DNA of 64,000 nt from Desulfobacterales bacterium (GTDB lineage Bacteria; Desulfobacterota; Desulfobacteria; Desulfobacterales; UBA5616): assembly GCA_046483495.1 (NCBI GenBank), contig JAWODC010000049.1, positions 70,939 through 134,938 on the forward strand. Direction: 5' to 3'. The position numbers were made by a program, and so were the translations under genes. The first letter of the stretch is position 1. Every line of letters begins with the position of its first letter. The notes beneath the pieces were generated by a model, which was given only the letters and a program-made list of their open reading frames with translations, ran no database searches and was not told the DNA's origin. This document shows positions 58,963-64,000 of this stretch, one piece after another.

Positions 58963-61302
58963 ATGAGTAAAAAATACGGTGTTTATATCTGCAAAGGTTG
59001 CGGCATCGGAGATGTCCTGGATATTGACGCTCTGAGCGGTATTGCCTCGGAAAAAGGGGTTCCCGTCAAAACCCACGAATTTCTGTGCAGCAAAGACGGC
59101 GTTTCAATGATCGAGAAGGATATCGAGGAAAACGGCACCAATACGTTGGTGATTGCCGCATGCTCCCGCAGGGTCAATTATGACACATTCCGCTTTGACG
59201 GCTGCATTGTCGACCGGGTGAACTTGAGAGAGCAGGTCGTATGGTCTCACCCGCGTTCCGAATTTCCGGCATTGGAAGAAGATCAAAAGGATGACGGAGA
59301 ACATTTCGACCGCATCCAAATGCTGGCCGAAGATTATCTTCGCATGGGCATGGCAAGGGTCGAGAAGGTGAACCTGCCCGAACCCTATAAAGTGGACAGC
59401 CTGAGCCGAAAAATTCTCGTCATCGGCGGCGGAATTACCGGCATGTCGGCGGCCATCGATGCGGCCCGGGCGGGATATGACGTGACTATTGTAGAAAAAG
59501 AGGATTCTCTCGGCGGATATGCTGCAAAAATAAGAAAGCAGCTTCCAAACCGGGAGCCCTACGAAGATCTGATCCCCCCCATGGTTGGAACGAAGATCCG
59601 CGAGGTGGAATCGTATTCCAACATTTCGGTAAAGACGGGAACGGTGGTGGCAAGAATCGCCGGTCAGCCGGGCGAATTCGTCGTGACGTTCAAAAAACCC
59701 GGGGAAAAGATCGAATTCGACGTGCCTTACCCGCTTCCCGATGAAATGAAAGTGGATGAAAGCGGAAATGAGCTCGATGCGGAAAAGCTGCATGAAAAAT
59801 TCATGGAGTACAATAAGGGCAAAAAAGATATTCTGACCCTGGATCCCGATGGGGAGATGTTCGGAGGCGTTATTTTGGCTGCGGGATGGCGACCGGCCGT
59901 ACTGGACAAGGATGCCTACGCACACCTGGGATATGGTGAATTGCCGGATGTTGTGACGAATCATGAATTTGAAGAAATTGCGGCAAAAGGTAAAATCATC
60001 AGGCCGTCCGACGGCAGGGAGGCCAAATCCGTTGTCTTCGTTCAAAGTCCGGGCAAGGATGAAAGCGACGGCGATTTTGAATATGCCGGCGCCGTTACCA
60101 GTCTTGTCGCCCTGAAACAGGCTAAATACGTTCGTGAGGATTACAGTGACGGCAAAGCCTATATCTTTTATCAGCACGTACGCACCCCGGGGTTGACGGA
60201 AAATTTTTATAAAAGCCTTCAGCAGGACCCGGGTATCTTCATGACCAAGGGACAGGTGACCAAGGTTTCGAAAAACGGTGGCGGATTGACGGTTGAGGCC
60301 GACAATACGCTTCTGGGAGAAAACATTGCGGTGAACGCCGATTTGGTGGTGCTTGCAGCCGGAATGGTTCCGGTCACCAAAGATGATCCGGTGGTCAATC
60401 TGGCATATCGTCAGGGCCCAGGGTTTCGGGATATCGACCTGTTCAATAAGTATGTCGACTCGAATTTCATCTGTTTCCCCTATGAAACACAGCGGACCGG
60501 CATTTATGCCGCCGGTGCCATTCGCCGGAGTATGACCATAGAGGAATCCATGGATGATGCCACGGGCGCCGCCCTAAAGGCCATCCAGTCAATCGAGTCT
60601 TCGAATCGCGGCGTTTCGGTACATCCCAGGTCCGGGGATATGACTTTTCCGGATTTCTTTTTTCAGCGGTGCACGCAGTGCAAACGGTGCACGGAAGAAT
60701 GTCCCTTCGGAGCACTGGATGACGATGCGAAAGGAACACCAAAACCCAACCAGACCCGGTGCCGACGATGCGGAACCTGCATGGGGGCATGCCCGGAACG
60801 GATTATCGGGTTTGCCGACTACAACATCGACAGTGTCGGTTCGATGGTGAAATCCATTTGGGTCCCGTCCGAGGATGACTACACTGAACCGCCCTTGCGC
60901 ATTATCGGCCTGGTCTGTGAAAATGATGCCTACCCGGCACTGGATATCGCCGGGTTGAACAGGCTCAGCTATTCCGCGGACGTTCGATTTATTCCGGTAC
61001 GGTGCCTGGGTTCCGTCAATGTGATCTGGATCAAGGATGCCCTTGCCCAGGGCATGGACGGCGTTTTTCTGCTGGGCTGTAAACATGGGGATGATTATCA
61101 GTGTCATTTTGTCAAAGGCAGTGAATTGGCTCAAATCAGAATGCAGAAAATTGGTGATGCATTGGCGAGCCTGGCCCTTGAAAATGAACGTGTAGCCCAG
61201 TTCGAGGTTGCCATCGATGATTACGACAAAATTCCCCAGATCGTGAATGAATTCGTGGAAAGCATCGAAGCCATGGGACCGAACCCGTTCAAAGGCTTCT
61301 AA
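58963..61302 (+). CDS. qmoB: Qmo subunit B (HdrA-like plus ferredoxin plus MvhD domain)
   Basis: GVYIC.GC, VNLREQ, CTQCKRCTEECP, CRRCGTCMGACP, CENDAY...RCLGS. Confidence 0.96.
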   Translation: MSKKYGVYICKGCGIGDVLDIDALSGIASEKGVPVKTHEFLCSKDGVSMIEKDIEENGTNTLVIAACSRRVNYDTFRFDGCIVDRVNLREQVVWSHPRSEFPALEEDQKDDGEHFDRIQMLAEDYLRMGMARVEKVNLPEPYKVDSLSRKILVIGGGITGMSAAIDAARAGYDVTIVEKEDSLGGYAAKIRKQLPNREPYEDLIPPMVGTKIREVESYSNISVKTGTVVARIAGQPGEFVVTFKKPGEKIEFDVPYPLPDEMKVDESGNELDAEKLHEKFMEYNKGKKDILTLDPDGEMFGGVILAAGWRPAVLDKDAYAHLGYGELPDVVTNHEFEEIAAKGKIIRPSDGREAKSVVFVQSPGKDESDGDFEYAGAVTSLVALKQAKYVREDYSDGKAYIFYQHVRTPGLTENFYKSLQQDPGIFMTKGQVTKVSKNGGGLTVEADNTLLGENIAVNADLVVLAAGMVPVTKDDPVVNLAYRQGPGFRDIDLFNKYVDSNFICFPYETQRTGIYAAGAIRRSMTIEESMDDATGAALKAIQSIESSNRGVSVHPRSGDMTFPDFFFQRCTQCKRCTEECPFGALDDDAKGTPKPNQTRCRRCGTCMGACPERIIGFADYNIDSVGSMVKSIWVPSEDDYTEPPLRIIGLVCENDAYPALDIAGLNRLSYSADVRFIPVRCLGSVNVIWIKDALAQGMDGVFLLGCKHGDDYQCHFVKGSELAQIRMQKIGDALASLALENERVAQFEVAIDDYDKIPQIVNEFVESIEAMGPNPFKGF

Positions 61303-61336
61303 AACATAAACTCTTGACTGCCGATGGAGGTATAAG

Positions 61337-62476
61337 ATGGCGGATAGATATCATATCGAACCTGATGTGGGGTTTATCGAAGAAATTTCCGATCTTGGGG
61401 GTGGAGATGTTAAAAAATGTTTCCAATGTGCCACATGTTCGGTTACCTGCCCCATTTCACCGGATCATAAACCTTTTCCAAGAAAGGAAATGATCGCCGC
61501 GTCTTGGGGGCTCAAAGATAAACTGGTGAAAAATCCGGATATCTGGTTGTGCCATAACTGTGGAGACTGCTCCACCCTCTGCCCACGGAGCGCGAGGCCC
61601 GGAGATGTTATGGCCGCCCTGCGGGCGTATGCAATTCAGGAATATTCGACGCCGAAAGTCATTGCCAAGGCGGTGAATGATCCGAAAAAACTGCCCCTTC
61701 TTTTGGGAATTCCGGCAATTTTGATGGTCATCGTCGGATTTATTACGGGCCTGCTCGATTTCACTCCGGAGGGGGATGTAATCGCACATGCGAATTTCTT
61801 CTCGACCTGGCTGGTGGACCTGTTTATGATTCCTGCGGCCATTTGGGTTATGGTTGTATTTGCTCTGGGACTGAAACGGTTTATCGGAGATATTCATGCA
61901 GCATCCCTCGAGGAGGGAAAGACCGACAGAAAGGACATACAACCCGTTGAATTCATCAAATCGCTCGTTGCGGTTGTTCCAAAAATTTTGAAACACGATA
62001 AGTTTAATGAATGCACCGAAAACACCGACCGATCCACGCAGCATATGATGGTCTTGTTCGGGTTTATCGGGCTTTTCATCGTTACGGCCATATTCTTTGT
62101 CGTGCTTTACGGGTTCGGGATTCATGGGCCTTATTCTCAGTTGAATCCCGTGAAATGGCTGGCAAACATCAGCGGTGTAGCCCTGGTTATCGGTATCGGT
62201 CTGATGTTAAAATCCCGGATGTCCAATCCCGACCAGCAGGTCAGCACGTACAAAGACTGGTTTTTGCTGTGGCTGATTTTTGCCGTTGCCGTTTCGGGAA
62301 TGCTTGCCGAAATGACGCGGCTTGCCGGGATGGCGGCAACCACCTACACCATTTATTTTGCGCACATGGTAACGGTGTTTGCTTTATTCATTTACCTGCC
62401 GTTCTCCAAGCTGGCGCATTTGGTCTACAGGACCGTAGCCATGGCGTATGCGGAGTATTCGAACCGGGGATTCTAG
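61337..62476 (+). CDS. qmoC: Qmo subunit C (HdrC-like Fe-S domain plus heme b membrane domain)
   Basis: CFQCATCSVTCP, CHNCGDCSTLCP, multiple TM helices, YLPFSKLAH. Confidence 0.96.
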   Translation: MADRYHIEPDVGFIEEISDLGGGDVKKCFQCATCSVTCPISPDHKPFPRKEMIAASWGLKDKLVKNPDIWLCHNCGDCSTLCPRSARPGDVMAALRAYAIQEYSTPKVIAKAVNDPKKLPLLLGIPAILMVIVGFITGLLDFTPEGDVIAHANFFSTWLVDLFMIPAAIWVMVVFALGLKRFIGDIHAASLEEGKTDRKDIQPVEFIKSLVAVVPKILKHDKFNECTENTDRSTQHMMVLFGFIGLFIVTAIFFVVLYGFGIHGPYSQLNPVKWLANISGVALVIGIGLMLKSRMSNPDQQVSTYKDWFLLWLIFAVAVSGMLAEMTRLAGMAATTYTIYFAHMVTVFALFIYLPFSKLAHLVYRTVAMAYAEYSNRGF

Positions 62477-62513
62477 ATCCGGCTCATTTCGGTGAAATCC
62501 GATTAACAACACG

Positions 62514-62563
62514 AAGCGCCGAATTCGCCCCGAACCGTCGGGAGGAATTCGGCGCTTTTTTTT
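62514..62563 (+). terminator. Rho-independent terminator after qmoC
   Basis: AAGCGCCGAATTC / GAATTCGGCGCTT stem plus T-run. Confidence 0.8.
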
Positions 62564-62626
62564 CATCGAAATCACAAAGAAGGGATGAGGCTTCGACTAC
62601 CTCAATGCGAAAGGTGAATGGAACAA

Positions 62627-62664
62627 ATAAAAAGGGAAACGGTAGGCGCCGTTTCCCTTTTTAT
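62627..62664. terminator. Bidirectional terminator, probably serving sat
   Basis: ATAAAAAGGGAAACGG / CCGTTTCCCTTTTTAT. Confidence 0.8.
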
Positions 62665-62692
62665 ATTGGTCAATATGCGCTGTACCGGAGAA

Positions 62693-63724
62693 TTATTTGC
62701 TGTTTTGGCCGGTCGCCGCACCATGGAGCTTAACCTCGACTTTTTCCGTCAGGCCTTCATAGTATTCTCTCAGAATAGCAACGACTTCGTCTCGGCCAAA
62801 ATGATCCGGCAGCTCCCCGCCTTCCGAGAGCAGCTTTCTCAACATGGTTCCTGAAAGCAGGACGCGGTCGGATTTGTCATGCGGACAGGTTTTTAAAGAG
62901 GCCATACCGTCACATTTGTAGCAATAGAACGTCCAGTCGATTTTCAGGGGCGTGCACAAAAGCGCTTTGCCCGGTTCTTCCGGGGCCGGAATCTTATCGA
63001 AAATCGTTTGGGCTTCGAACATACCGTAGAAATCACCGACCCCGGCATGGTCGCGGCCGATAATCATTTTTGAGCAGCCGTAGTTTTGACGGAATGTTGC
63101 GTGAAGGAGGCCTTCCCGGGGTCCGGCGTATCTCATGTCCAGCGGATAACCGCCCTGAAGTACATTTTCCTCGACAAAATAATTTTTCACGAGTGCATCA
63201 ATGCATTTAACCCGCACGTCAGCCGGAATGTCACCGGGTTTCAAATTGCCGACGAGGGAATGGATGAAGACGCCGTCGCATACTTCCACGGCGATTTTGC
63301 ACAGGTATTCGTGAGACCGGTGCATGGGGTTCCGCAGCTGCAGTGCTGCAACTTCACTCCACCCGCGTTCTTCGAAAAGCCTGCGGGATTCCGCCGGACG
63401 CAAATAAACATCCGGGTAATCGGTCGGAAATTCCCCTTCGCTGAGGACCTTGACCGGGCCCGCCAGGTTGAATTCGTTCTGATTCATTACCATCTGAACG
63501 CCGGGATGATCTTCCTTTGCAATTTTCCAGAATTCTTCAGGGGTGGGGGTGCCTTCACCCATAAAGACTTTTTCACATTCAAACATCTTGTCCGCTTCGG
63601 TCATCTCGTACTTTTCGGCAACCTTCATCGTTGCCATGATTTCATCGCGTTTCGGGTAGTACAATGCGATTTCATCACCGACGTTTATGGCTTCGGCATC
63701 CTCCCTGGAAACGTCCAATGTCAA
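62693..63724 (-). pseudogene. sat: Dissimilatory sulfate adenylyltransferase, 5'-truncated or interrupted in this sequence
   Basis: [39 protein letters not shown]. The frame begins at TLDVS, where Sat normally reads ...WPxPxTLDVS after roughly 85 residues; an in-frame TAA lies immediately upstream and there is no RBS. Confidence 0.85.
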
Positions 63725-64000
63725 TTATGCATATCTAATCTTCGTAAACTTCATTTCTCTTTTTAGGCTTAATTAGTTTACATAGTTCCTCTAATGCGAC
63801 ACAATTACAATATTTAATCTTTATATATCCTTCTCTTAGATTGATTTCATTTTCCCTTAGACTCCGATAAACCATATCTTTAGAGCATCCCAGGATTTTC
63901 GCGACTTCCCGGATGGACCTTGATTCTTTTACATATAATTTTTTGAGCTCTTTTTTGCTCGGTTTATTTGATTTTGTTGGTCAGTCTACCTCTTTTTATG
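63725..64000 (-). other. AT-rich foreign segment with an HTH-encoding open frame (63735-63980) lacking a proper start
   Basis: Hand count of about 32% GC (90/280 over 63721-64000). Translation PTKSNKPSKKELKKLYVKESRSIREVAKILGCSKDMVYRSLRENEINLR...YED*. Confidence 0.6.

Noticed and set aside
63700..64000. Group II intron or intein in sat
   Set aside because: No domain V/VI consensus near the junction, and the in-frame stop excludes an intein.
1..64000. CRISPR array, rRNA, transposase/integrase, selenocysteine read-through
   Set aside because: No regularly spaced repeats or such genes seen; redox genes examined appear full-length without an in-frame TGA at a Cys position.

Overview
A 64 kb, mostly core-chromosome window from a sulfate-reducing Desulfobacterota bacterium, most similar in gene content to Desulfobacterales. 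From left to right it holds: (1) accessory redox, surface and transport genes (1-12.3 kb); (2) plsB, a tandem hsp20 pair and an acyl-CoA catabolic module with two ADP-forming ligase alpha-type subunits, a BbsE/F-like CoA-transferase pair, an SDR, an AMP-forming ligase and a hydrolase (12.4-26.1 kb); (3) the translation super-operons rimP-nusA-infB-DUF503-rbfA-DHH-truB-rpsO-pnp-M16-dut, tRNA-Gly(CCC) and infC-rpmI-rplT-pheS-pheT-merR (27-45.5 kb); (4) an uncharacterised Cys-rich cluster of four YkgJ/CxxCxxCC proteins, a radical SAM enzyme, a double zinc-ribbon protein and an atypical SDR (48.2-54.3 kb), directly upstream of (5) aprBA-qmoABC and a convergent sat. The main oddities are the YkgJ/radical SAM cluster attached to the APS-reduction locus; sat cut at about codon 85 by AT-rich foreign DNA carrying an HTH remnant; a long nested-helix leader before qmoA; an orphan promoter driving a possible pseudoknotted sRNA near 9.55 kb; and a dispersed CATCCGGAAA REP/MITE-like repeat. 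No CRISPR array, rRNA or transposase was seen. All calls come from reading motifs by eye, without database searches.
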